Source of the DNA: Asterionella formosa
Taxonomy: Eukaryota
DNA length: 64,000 nt
Direction: 5' to 3'
Assembly: GCA_002256025.1 (NCBI GenBank)
Contig: NKIB01012576.1
Location: 1 to 64,000, forward strand
Part shown: piece after piece, positions 1 through 10,477 of the stretch
Numbering within the stretch: position 1 is the stretch's first letter
Layout of the letters: each line of letters starts with the position of its first letter
The notes under the pieces: generated by a model
Told to the model about the DNA's origin: nothing
The model's database searches: none
What the model saw: the letters and a program-made list of their open reading frames with translations, nothing else
Program-made: the position numbers and the translations under genes

Positions 1-310
1 AAGGATAGGGACTCATGGTATGTGGTGCTGAATGGCGCAGAGGAGGCGCAGAACGATGGGAGGAGGATGCGATGAATTCTGGCGACGAAGAGAAGTAAAC
101 CGGGAAGTCGTGGGCCGAGGGAAGGGAATACCCAGTGGGGACCGATGAAGCGGAAGGGCGCCCGTGTGCAGCAGAGATAGCGGCGGGATATGGATGGGCG
201 GTACCCCCATGATGGTGCGGTGGCGCTGTAGGCCATGAGGGCGTGGTTTCACCAATAAATGTGGCAGGGAGAGGGGCAAGATTGGTGTCGGTCGGCGATG
301 GGGATCGCAT
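1..310 (-). CDS. Putative Gag N-terminus of an LTR retrotransposon running off the left edge of the window
   Basis: ATG at 310 on the minus strand lies about 35 nt after the putative LTR end. The frame stays open to base 1 (MRSPSPTDTNLAPLPATFIGETTPSW..., Pro/Ser-rich). No diagnostic Gag motif is reached. Confidence 0.4.
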   Translation of the reverse strand, partial: MRSPSPTDTNLAPLPATFIGETTPSWPTAPPHHHGGTAHPYPAAISAAHGRPSASSVPTGYSLPSAHDFPVYFSSSPEFIASSSHRSAPPLRHSAPHTMSPYP

Positions 311-343
311 TGCTCTCCCAGGGATCAAGAGGGATCAATAACC

Positions 344-519
344 TGTGGAGGAGAGATGGGTGACGAGTTCGTGCAATCGGGTTGAGGACAACGTAATTAC
401 AAGTAACTGAGGGTTTAATTAGATTATCTATTTCTGTTGTGTATCGGATATACCGGGATCTGCGCACTTACGTGGATATTAGTAGAGTATACTGAAGTAA
501 CTGGTATGCAGTACTAACA
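344..519 (-). mobile_element. Putative 5' LTR (about 176 bp) of a Ty1/copia-like element
   Basis: The minus strand reads TGTTAGTAC...CTCCACA, i.e. TG...CA ends. It is followed at once by GGTTATTGATCCC, which resembles the copia GGTTATGGGCCC-type PBS, and then by an open frame. The partner LTR is outside the window. Confidence 0.45.
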
Positions 520-1487
520 ACTGGTATTACTGGTACGAGATACCGTAACCTACGTAAGGCAATCTTGGCACGAGTACCAGGCAGCAGACGTACGACTGGT
601 GTCAAGAACTAGACTACCGTACTACCGGTAGGTATATGTACATTTTGGTCCTCCTGTACATGATAACAGTACCTGGTACTAGGGAGGTATCTTGTACACT
701 GGTCTAGCTGGGTGCCAGCTACATACGACCAAGTACTTACTACCGGTAGGTATAGCATAACTAACAGGTACACCGAGTAGTCTACCGGTGTGGTTACTAG
801 TTACTGGTACATGCATATGTTTGGCAAAGTCTGCCGGAATTCTACCACCGGGTCGAAACAGCCAATTGCTTGTTCTCCCGTGGTGCTGTGTTGGTGCCAT
901 GATTCTTGAATTGCGTGTTCAGTGCAGTAGTATGTACAACATGTGTAGCTCTCTAGTATACTAAAACAATATTCATCGAATTATTTATTGAAGAGAATGT
1001 ATATTCATACGACTCACATCTACATGTACTGTTGTAGCTAATGATATGAAGAACATTTTTTATGTCGTAGAAAGAAGCACATACCGGGTATATACCGGTA
1101 GTATTGGTACATCACTTGAATCAGTTTCCTCACGAGCGATCCTTTTGCCTTCGCCTTCACTATTTAATTAGTATGGTACCTGGTAGTTAGTACCGGTAGG
1201 GTGCTCCAGCATCGCTCGTAATAATGGTTCTCTTTGCTGTTGGTGTGCTCCTCCCTCCTGCCTGATCGTTGTTGACATTTACATAATATTCTTTTTTGTA
1301 GTGAAAGTTGTCGACTACCGGTCGACTGATAAAATATACAAGCCGGATCAACATATTACAAGCTAAACCCACCATCACTATTACTTACCCTTGCTACGAC
1401 TCGATTTTCAGCCAGAACACCAACTTCGAAAATTTTAAAATCGGAGAAAGCCAAAGCTTGTCTATCGAACAGCCATCGTCATCAGCA

Positions 1488-3674
1488 ATGGAAAGTTCGA
1501 GAGTCTCGTCTAGCAGGTTATGCCACTCCCTGGCAGAATCCGTGACTGCTGGTCAATCGAAGCGTGGTGACTTTCCGTTGATGCGAGCAAAGGCTGCCCT
1601 ACTGGTGATCGACGTTCAAGATTACCTGTCGAACCCATCGACTATGCAGGAAGAACAAGACTACTTTCATACTACTGCCCTCCCTCGAACAATCAACAAT
1701 CTGCAGAAACTCCTGTCAATATTTCGAGAAATGCGAGATTCGCAGGAACAAGGTTGTGAAGTTATTTTTACCTTTCTTGAAGCGCGAACCAACGATTGTC
1801 GCGATGTTTCGTTGGACTACAAGTTATCTGGTCCAAGGCTGTCATCCCTTCCCAACTCTGCTACCGCCCCCGCCTTGTTTTTGTCTGATCTGATGCCCCG
1901 AACGAAGGATGGAAAAGGCGATATCCTCGTACCCAAGACCTCGTGTTCTGTATTTGTATCCACTAATCTTCACTACTTACTGCAGAACCTTCACGTGGAG
2001 CAACTCATTGTTACTGGTCAACTAACAGACCAGTGCGTGGAGAGTGCAGTTCGAGATGCAGCCGACTTTGGATACTTTGTAACGGTGATTGAGGACGCGT
2101 GCGCTGCAATTAGCATGTCATCACATCAAAAGGGACTCTATGGTATGAAAGGCTTTTGTCGGATTCTGAGCACTTCTGAAGTTATGGAGGAGCTCATGAA
2201 TTCACCCAAGGAAGTATTCGTTAGAATGATGCCATTTGAGCATACACAACATTCCGCGCTTTTAGAACCTGAAGGCGTGGAACACTGCTGCAACGAAACG
2301 CAGAGTTCTCTTGCCATCCTTCCCGTTACATCCCCGCTTGATATCTTAAATTCACAAAATGATCTTGTAAATTCCATGTTGACGGCACTAAAATTTGGAG
2401 GTATCAAGTTTATTCGCTTCATGGCGGTTGACGCCTACAATTCCATTCGTTGTAAGGTCGTTCCTTTGGATCAATGTGAAGCAGGAACAACTGTTGCAAT
2501 TGCCAAAGTTTGCTTTGCTGGGCTGCCACCGTTTGGTGATATTGTCCTACCAGATACTGGCTTGGACGCCAAAGGTGTATTGATTGTTTCTCCAGATTAT
2601 GGGACATTGCGAATTTTACCGTATGCCAACAAGACTGCTGTTGTATTTGGAACTGCACACGATGTACCATCACGTCAACTGAGCAACATATGCACGAGAG
2701 GTTTGCTTGCTAGGGTCCTGGAAACTGCGGAAACTAATCATGGCATCACTTTTAACGTTGGAGCTGAACTGGAATTCACCCTGTTCTCGATTGCTACTCG
2801 AAGGCCAGTGGATAATTCCATGTTTGCAAACTCAACAACATTAAACCAGCAAGAAGCCTTTATTGCAGACTGTTATGATCAACTTCGGCAGCAGGCGATT
2901 GATATTGAACAATTGCACGCCGAAAGTGGACCTGGACAATTGGAACTTGTTATCAAATACCAGACAAACCCTTTGCTTTTGGTTGATCAAGTGGTGTTGG
3001 CACGCGAGACAATATATCAAGTTGCCCGCAAGCATGATTGTATTGCCACTTTCCTTCCGAAAACGTTCGTTGATAAAGCAGGTAGTGGTCTCCACCTTCA
3101 TCTTTCGTTTGGGCAAACAAGGACCCCAAATGCTTTCCCTTGTCCGTCTTCACCTCTCTCTATCTCACGAGATGGCCAGTCATTTATGGAGGGCATCCTG
3201 CGACATCTCAAAGGGCTTCTGGCAATTTCATTGGGATCAAGCAATAGCTTTCGACGAGTCGGGCCAGGATGTTGGACTGGTCATCAAGTTGCTTGGAGTA
3301 TCGAAGACAAAGAAGTGCCGCTTCGTGTTTGCATGGATGTAACGAATGGAACTCTTACAAACGTGGAATTTAAACTGTCTGATTCGACTTCAAATCTTTA
3401 TTTATCCTTGGCGTGCATCCTAGGAAGTGGCTTGGAAGGAATTGTGAAGCAGGTGAAGTTAAGACCATCGTTGAATGATTCTTCTCCTGACAGTACCGAA
3501 GGACTTCCAAATTCGTTCTGCAAAGCCTTGTCCTGTTTGGAGGAAGATTCGTTTCTCACTGAGACCATCATGGGTAGGGATTTGAGTCGAGCCTATCTGG
3601 CAGTCCGCCGTGCGGAAGTGGTACACGCTTCTCATAACACTATTGAGCAAGAGGTTGCCGAAGCCCTCTTGTAA
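1488..3674 (+). CDS. Isochorismatase-like cysteine hydrolase fused to a glutamine synthetase I-like (FluG/NodGS/PuuA-type gamma-glutamyl ligase) domain
   Basis: The N-domain has the D-K-C triad motifs LLVIDVQ, PKTSCSVF and GQLTDQCVESAVRDA. The C-domain has GAELEF, HAESGPGQLEL, GSGLHLHLS, NSFRRVGPGCW and NVEFKLSD. First in-frame ATG is at 1488; the ORF is single and uninterrupted. Confidence 0.9.
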   Translation: MESSRVSSSRLCHSLAESVTAGQSKRGDFPLMRAKAALLVIDVQDYLSNPSTMQEEQDYFHTTALPRTINNLQKLLSIFREMRDSQEQGCEVIFTFLEARTNDCRDVSLDYKLSGPRLSSLPNSATAPALFLSDLMPRTKDGKGDILVPKTSCSVFVSTNLHYLLQNLHVEQLIVTGQLTDQCVESAVRDAADFGYFVTVIEDACAAISMSSHQKGLYGMKGFCRILSTSEVMEELMNSPKEVFVRMMPFEHTQHSALLEPEGVEHCCNETQSSLAILPVTSPLDILNSQNDLVNSMLTALKFGGIKFIRFMAVDAYNSIRCKVVPLDQCEAGTTVAIAKVCFAGLPPFGDIVLPDTGLDAKGVLIVSPDYGTLRILPYANKTAVVFGTAHDVPSRQLSNICTRGLLARVLETAETNHGITFNVGAELEFTLFSIATRRPVDNSMFANSTTLNQQEAFIADCYDQLRQQAIDIEQLHAESGPGQLELVIKYQTNPLLLVDQVVLARETIYQVARKHDCIATFLPKTFVDKAGSGLHLHLSFGQTRTPNAFPCPSSPLSISRDGQSFMEGILRHLKGLLAISLGSSNSFRRVGPGCWTGHQVAWSIEDKEVPLRVCMDVTNGTLTNVEFKLSDSTSNLYLSLACILGSGLEGIVKQVKLRPSLNDSSPDSTEGLPNSFCKALSCLEEDSFLTETIMGRDLSRAYLAVRRAEVVHASHNTIEQEVAEALL

Positions 3675-4434
3675 GTCTGTATATTGTATTTTCATATATG
3701 TAAAAAACGATTAAGGCTGTCAATTGTACAGATCGCTGGAATACTATAATTTGGCAATGCCAAAAGCGAAGTCAATACTTGAGACACTCTTGTGATCGGC
3801 GATTTCGGGCTGTTGACGTTCGATACCGCGTTCTCAAGAATTTCTGCGATGAGAACTCTATTGTTGCAGACAAATTCGTAGAGAACCCTCTCCTTTAGTA
3901 CAAAGTTGTGCTACACTCATTGCTTGGTTTGGAGGCGACTATCAAGAAGTTGTGCACGTGTCCATGGATTGATTAAAATAGGATTTACGCTGTCGAGCTA
4001 GCGAGATGTTGATTATGTACTCTCAAGTTGCTTGCTATGACCATCAAAAACTACTATAGTTTTATTTCGCTCATTGACTGGGAAGAGGGCAACTGAGGGA
4101 CCAGTAGGATGGATTTAGCGACAACTAAGAAGAAACTCCGTGACGAGTAAATGCCGAGGCCCCACTATTGTTAGCATGTACTCGGAGGAGACTGCAGCGA
4201 CCACGGCGTTATATAAATTGGTGATATAGGAATAAACTGGTCATCGAAGTTATGCATCTAGGTACCGGTAGCTAGGGTCAGTTCCTATTTTAGTCGGTGT
4301 CACGGAACGGACTATAAGACGACACGACATTTTAAAACGAAGAAGTTAGTCGCGAACCATGGACTTGCCGGACTGTCCATCTGTCAAGGACAACCCGCTC
4401 GAATACAGATGATTCTTTTCTTACATATGTTTTA

Positions 4435-4568
4435 GGAATATGATATTTCGATATTTCATCCCCCTAACCCTAACCCTAACCCTAGACTCTTCCAATCTAG
4501 CTAGCATCTGAACTTAAGGTTTAGGGGTTAGAGTTAGGGTTAGTTAGGGGGACGAAATATCATTTTCC
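4435..4568. mobile_element. Small inverted-repeat (MITE-like) element with telomeric CCCTAA/TTAGGG arms, copy 1
   Basis: Left arm GGAATATGATATTTCGATATTTCATCCCCCTAACCCTAACCCTAACCCTA; right arm GTTAGGGTTAGTTAGGGGGACGAAATATCATTTTCC. A related copy lies at 61920-62077. Confidence 0.65.
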
Positions 4569-5231
4569 TTGTTCTTTTATTGGTAGTTTCATTTTATATT
4601 ATGATACCGGTATTATAGGACATTTCGCAACGCAGTGCAGCCCTTGACTCTCGAGGCGAAGTTCGTCGTACCTCACTTTAGGCTTTTTTCAATGTTGTGA
4701 TTTGTGAGGTACATCATACAAGGCGAATGTGTTCTTCCTGGTTCGTTGCATGAAAGCGAAGCGAATGCTCCACAGTAATCTATACAATTTTATACATGCA
4801 TAAATACTGAATATTTCTGTATACAACCGAAAGCGACACAATTGACAACAATCCTTGTGTATCATCATATACTATCTGTTTTTATTACTTGAAGGTACCA
4901 GGTACCAGGTAAAGAACGAACGATACGTGTTTGCAACAATCACAACTTGGACTGTCAATGAAGAACTGTATACGAATGCCGACATCAGCAAAGCGAATTT
5001 CGGTGTCATACCGGCACTGGTCCTGCGTAGTTAGTAGCTTGTATGTACCGGTATATAGATGTATTCTACATCAAAATTGTACGTACTTATACGTTTAACG
5101 AAGAATGATACAGCCATGAATGCCGGTATATGTAGAACCTGAGAATAATACATAAAAACCCTTTGCGCCTGCCATGCCAATCTTGCCAAATTAATTTTCC
5201 ATGTAAGTTAGAGCACAAATTTAACACAAGT

Positions 5232-5717
5232 ATGGACTCTTCGCCCCAATACATCCTGCCACAATACATTCATCAAATGTCATCGCTACTCCCTGAAGGC
5301 ATCGGCTTTGCCACAACGATACTAGATGCATCGACATCGTCGAGCGACAACGAGTCGTTGCATCCCTCACGTTTTCCGCGTGAGACGATGAAACGGAAAG
5401 ATGTGCTCCTCTTTATTCGAGTACTCCTTGACCACCTCGAGTTACACGACCCCCAACTTGGCCAAGTTGTTAGGAGCGTGATATCTCAAACCATTAGAGA
5501 GAATAGGGAAGGCAACCCTCACTACCAGCAACTTGCCCGCTCAGTTCAAGTTCGCGTTCGCGCGTTTGTTGGGGAATGGCACTGGCGTCAAGTATCCTAC
5601 ATTATCTACTATCGGAAGAAAGTATTCAGAATGATGACCAGAAACATTGAAAATAATATAACAACGACCTACTTGGGCTTCAATCCCTTGCAACAAGACG
5701 GGTACGACAAGTTCTAA
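5232..5717 (+). CDS. Hypothetical protein resembling a diatom-specific helical family (FxRVLLxxL...NRxGxPxY...VGExxW)
   Basis: First in-frame ATG is at 5232. The segment LLFIRVLLDHLELHDPQL...IRENREGNPHY...VRAFVGEWHWRQ resembles a motif recurrent in diatom hypothetical proteins (from recall). Confidence 0.6.
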   Translation: MDSSPQYILPQYIHQMSSLLPEGIGFATTILDASTSSSDNESLHPSRFPRETMKRKDVLLFIRVLLDHLELHDPQLGQVVRSVISQTIRENREGNPHYQQLARSVQVRVRAFVGEWHWRQVSYIIYYRKKVFRMMTRNIENNITTTYLGFNPLQQDGYDKF

Positions 5718-5859
5718 TTACCGTTATGGATTGAATGGGGTGGACAAAACTGAGTGTGTGACCTTTAATTGGTATCGCAAGTATGAGAGACCTATGATTC
5801 TAAATGGTAGCACTTGAACATAAATAAACTGAGAACCATGTATAATTATACCATTTTCG

Positions 5860-6340
5860 TCCCAATCGTCTATGTTAAGTTGCTAGAACGTCACCCACAT
5901 TTACGTAACAAAACAATTCGTAAAGCCAAAGTTAGTCAAGATGTTAAGAGTGACTATACGTCCTGAATCAAAGACCACAGTAACGAAGGTAGAGTGTGAA
6001 CTTTTGAAGTGGGCCTAAAAATTCATTTACAAGGGCGAGGCAACAACCCTCGTTTGACTCAAAAGTCTCATTATGGTCTTGCTTGTGATATCATTGTTGA
6101 GGAATGGCGCGGATGGTCTGAAGTTTCCCACGTACTCTACGATCGAAGAAATTTTTCTTCAGCGTCATGACCAGAAACATTGAAAAAACTGTGGGCTTTG
6201 ATTCATTTTGCACTGAGAGGAGTTTTATGGCAACTTCCAATCACATTTGTGGGTTGAATGAAGTCGACAGCATGGGGAGATATATTAACCACTGGGTGTT
6301 GAGTCATGAGATCTCTCTAATGATTCAAAAATGTAAGCTA
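5860..6340 (+). pseudogene. Decayed tandem duplicate of the 5232-5717 gene
   Basis: 6095-6190 (GTTGAGGAATGG...ATGACCAGAAACATTGAAAA) parallels 5568-5655, and 3' flank similarity continues to about 6330. Indels and stops break the frame; boundaries are approximate. Confidence 0.6.
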
Positions 6341-6426
6341 ATTAGGACTCCTTGCAAACATACGTAATTTTTGTCACAATCGTTTGTGTTTATATCTTAC
6401 TAAGTCGTCCGGATAAAGGTATAGAT

Positions 6427-8488
6427 TTAAGGAGAAAAGCCAGTGGTAAAAGCCTCTGCGATTTCGTGCAACTTCGTCAAGGCGTTTGGAGTGAGGGTGT
6501 ATCCCGAATCGATGATCTCAGTAAGGACGGCAGAGTGGGAACTCTTGACGTGAGCTAAGAAAGCCTTTTCGAAGGCTTGAACATGCTCGACGTCAATGCG
6601 ATCACAATATCCTTTGACTCCGATAAAGAGCGAGGCAACAACCTCTTCAGGCTCATAAGGCTCGTACTGTCCTTGCTTGAGGAGTTCATAAAGACGAACT
6701 CCACGGTTCAACTGTTGCTGGGTGGCAGGATCCAAATCAGATCCAAACTTAGCGAAGGCAGCGACCTCACGGTACTGGGCGAGCTCGAGCTTCATGGTAC
6801 CGGCCACAGCCTTAGTGGCCTTGTATTGTGCTGCGGATCCGACACGAGACACGGAAAGACCAACGGAAATGGCGGGGCGCTGGCCCTGGTAGAAGAGCTC
6901 TGATTCCAAAAAGATCTGTCCATCAGTAATGGAAATAACGTTGGTAGGAATGTAAGCGGACACATCTCCAGCCTGAGTCTCAATGACGGGGAGAGCAGTC
7001 AAGGAACCTCCTCCGTTGCTACGGTGCATCTTGGCAGCACGTTCCAAAAGGCGTGAGTGGAGGTAGAAAACGTCACCAGGGTAGGCCTCACGACCAGGAG
7101 GACGACGAAGCAAAAGTGACATCTGACGGTAAGCGACAGCCTGCTTGGAAAGATCGTCGTAAAAGATCACAGCGTGCTTTCCATTGTCACGGAAGTACTC
7201 TCCCATGGCAGCACCAGTGTAAGGAGCGAGAAACTGAAGAGGGGCAGAATCGGAGGCAGTGGCAGCAACGATAATGCAGTTACTCATGGCTCCCTTCTCT
7301 TCAAGCTGTCCAACAAGCTGTGCAATGGTGGATCGCTTTTGTCCGACGCCAACGTAGATACAAGCAAGGGGTTCCTTCTTAGTTTTTTGGTTAATGATGG
7401 TATCAATGGCAATGGCGGTCTTTCCAGTCTGACGATCACCAATGATCAATTCACGCTGACCACGTCCAATGGGGATCAAGGCATCAACGGCCTTGAGCCC
7501 GGTAAGCATGGGCTCGGACACTGATTCTCTGGGAATAATTCCCGGTGCCTTTACCTCAGCACGGGATCGTGCGCATCCGTCAAGGGAAGCACCGCCATCA
7601 ATAGGCTGTCCAATGCCATCAACGACGCGTCCGAGGAGCTCCTTTCCGACAGGAACATCCACAATGGCCCCGGTGCGCTGAACGGAGTCTCCCTCGAGAA
7701 TGTCGCGATCATCACCGAAAATCACAACTCCGACATTGTCCTCTTCCAAGTTGAGAGCCATACCGCGTAGACCGCAGGCAAAGACAACCATCTCTCCTGC
7801 CTGCACGTTGGTAAGTCCATAGACACGGGCGATACCATCCCCGACAGAGATGACAGCCCCGGTCTCGGCATACTTGGCCGTAGTGTCTTCGGCTCCCGCA
7901 GCCGCAGAGATCTTGGCTTCAAGGTAGCTGGTGAGTTCCAGGGTCTGACTCGCCATGCCGCGGACGGCAGAATGGCGAGCAACCTTTGGCGGAGGGGAGG
8001 GGGGAAGGGAGCCAATGAGTTAGTGATAATCACAAAAAGCAACAAAGAGCTGTAAATATTCATTGGAATACGGAATTTCACCTCCGGGACAATCGACAAA
8101 AAGTACACCCAGGGAAAATGCTGCGCTGCGACATGTGTGTGTACTTGCTTTCTTTCTGCGTGAGGCGGCCTTCCTTGCGTCTCCTCTGCCCCTGCCCCGT
8201 TGTTGAAAGACTACATGCAAGAAATATATGAATGCTCAACAAACGCTGACGACATTACCCACTCTCTAACCGAATCTTGAGCGCTGAAAGATACAGATTT
8301 CCCGGTTCCGTTCGACGGAATCCTGGGAGCCAACTAATCCTCCGATCCGTCAGGGGCTCAATTCGTCTATTGCATGCGCTTTCGTTTCATTCCTTCACTC
8401 TTCGACCAACCGCAAGGGGACTACATACCTTTGGAACGGCAAGTGCCGCTCTTTTGGCGAAAGTACGGGCAGCAATTCGAAGCGCCAT
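6427..8488 (-). CDS. atp1: Mitochondrial F1Fo ATP synthase subunit alpha, nucleus-encoded; exons 8488-8429 and 7983-6427
   Basis: Contains Walker [32 protein letters not shown] and [14 protein letters not shown]. Exon 1 encodes [20 protein letters not shown] and ends at a GTATGT donor. A CTAAC branch point and AAAG acceptor give a phase-0 join to [13 protein letters not shown], forming an Arg/Ala-rich mitochondrial presequence. Confidence 0.95.
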
Positions 8489-9196
8489 TGTCACGTCGTT
8501 GAATTTTGATCACAAGCCGGTACTGTTTTGCACTGCAATTTTGCTGGGTTGGTACTGAGAGGAACAGTGGGAAACGGCGACAGCGCATGGGTACGTATGA
8601 TATGTATGTAAACTGACTGCCGGTATGGCAATGGTTTGCGGTCTGTCCGAACACCAGAAATCACTATTGGTGCTCAATCGGCCTACCGGTCGTACAGGAG
8701 GGTTGATGATGACGACAGAGTGACGAATGCAACTGCCTCTGTGCATATGATACATACATTATGCTGGTACCAGTACCTGAGGTACCTGGTACCAGGTACC
8801 AGTAATATTACACACAGGGGTATTATGTACTCCTCACATGCCAGTATACATACAATACAGTTAGCCAACGTACGTGTTCGTATCATAACAACCCACATGC
8901 AAATCAATGTGGTACGGTATATTTTGTCAACAACAGCATCATCAATAGTGATGACGATGCAGTAAACGATGCAGTAAACAAGCGAGCATTATACATAATA
9001 CTAATAACAAGGATGAGCCACCTCACTTTTTCCATCCCACTCTGTTTTCAAGATTTTCATCATCAATTCAATTTTCCCTGGCAGCAGAATTTCCGTTTGA
9101 ACTAACGGTATTGCGGTGTGACAACAACGAGACAAGGAACGAGCCGAGACACTATCTAGTTACACTGTTCAATCTATGCGTTCTAAAATCATCATC

Positions 9197-10237
9197 ATGT
9201 TCCAGAGTAAGCTTGTTCTTGCTGTACTGGGCACGTCGCTGGCTGGTGCATTGGCCTTTGAGTCTGTCGCTGGAAAGAATTCGTTTTCATTCGCATTGCC
9301 CCTTACACGCAGCAAGGCCGGCGTGGTATGTTTCATGTCAGCAGACACTGATCAGACCGCAGCAGTTACTACCGGCATTGTGACCAATACCTTGAGAGTT
9401 CCCGTTACTTTTGATGAAATGATCCGGGAAACAACCAAAGCCATGACGGACGCATATGAAAAGGGCATTACCCGTCAAATGTTGCGTCTACTCATGCCTC
9501 GAGACCCTACAAGTCAGGATCTTGGAATGATGTTTGAGGGTGATGCTGACTTTACCACCAGTGACCTTATATTGTATCCAGTAGACGAGTCCTGGCAAGG
9601 TGGTATTATGCAGCTTTATCGTGCTGCTGCTCCCACTTGCCAAGCCATTCTGAAACGCTTTTCCAAAAACGAAGGGGGTATTCCTCCGAGAATGGTGGAA
9701 GACAGATCAATTGATGAGTCTGGTGTTGATGGAATTGGCCTTTGGATGTCTCAAAATGTTTCTCCCGCAGACGATGTCAGTTGCTTTGTTCAACCTACGC
9801 AGGAAACTATAGATGCCATTGAACGCATTTCATCGCAAGCAGGAAAACGACTGGTGTCGATACTCAATCCCCAATGGCGAAATGTGGACGATGCACTTGA
9901 TACGGCTAGTAAGGAAAGTGGATTTTTGGGCAGCTTGGCATCGTTTTTGGGTGGCAAGGGCAATTCGCTCAAGCGCCTTGATGACCTAGGGTATCAAAAT
10001 GTTTTCACTGTTGAAGGATACGTTTGCAAGGGAGGTAACATTCGACTGGTCAAGAGATTTGATTCTGACTGGGCGGTATTTGCGGAAAATGATAGCGCAA
10101 CGGACTATATTAAAGTGGGAACGAGTAAGAATCGTCCAACCTACCAGGATTGTGACAAAATGCTTGAAGATATGGGGATTGGTGTCAAATACGCTCGAGA
10201 CATTGGTTTAGCTCCCAAGTTTGAAAGGCGAGACTAA
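9197..10237 (+). CDS. Plastid-targeted DUF1995-like protein
   Basis: Signal peptide MFQSKLVLAVLGTSLAGALA followed by F (ASAFAP-like). The mature part has DESWQGGIMQL, ILNPQW and the C-terminal RPTY pattern typical of DUF1995 proteins. Confidence 0.7.
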   Translation: MFQSKLVLAVLGTSLAGALAFESVAGKNSFSFALPLTRSKAGVVCFMSADTDQTAAVTTGIVTNTLRVPVTFDEMIRETTKAMTDAYEKGITRQMLRLLMPRDPTSQDLGMMFEGDADFTTSDLILYPVDESWQGGIMQLYRAAAPTCQAILKRFSKNEGGIPPRMVEDRSIDESGVDGIGLWMSQNVSPADDVSCFVQPTQETIDAIERISSQAGKRLVSILNPQWRNVDDALDTASKESGFLGSLASFLGGKGNSLKRLDDLGYQNVFTVEGYVCKGGNIRLVKRFDSDWAVFAENDSATDYIKVGTSKNRPTYQDCDKMLEDMGIGVKYARDIGLAPKFERRD

Positions 10238-10477
10238 AACCCCCGTCCGAGCAAAGATAAAATTCATATTCATATTGATTACTTTAATGTATTTTTTCTT
10301 GTTCACATTTTCGTCATCAATTTACAACATGGATTTCGTCGCTCCACAAGAGCAGACATTCGACACGTGATGGTGCACCTACATGATTTGGGCACTGCAG
10401 CACAGTTTGTAGGTAAAAGATTGCATCCTCGAATGGAGGGATTCAAAAATACAAAAGGGAATCTTGATTTCCAACCA

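Noticed and set aside
1308..1487. ORF-track N-terminal extensions from TTG/GTG starts (also 17665-17910, 26860-26949, 41951-42067)
   Set aside because: In a eukaryotic context the downstream ATGs are preferred, and for ppa and the methyltransferase they give proper targeting peptides.
6577..7681. Plus-strand ORFs opposite atp1, and similar antisense ORFs over ppa, the copia pol, the MFS gene and the 42-kb gene
   Set aside because: Shadow ORFs of real coding strands, with no motifs.
6427..7983. NUMT or bacterial contamination (atpA)
   Set aside because: It has a spliceosomal intron, a targeting presequence and nuclear-like codon usage.
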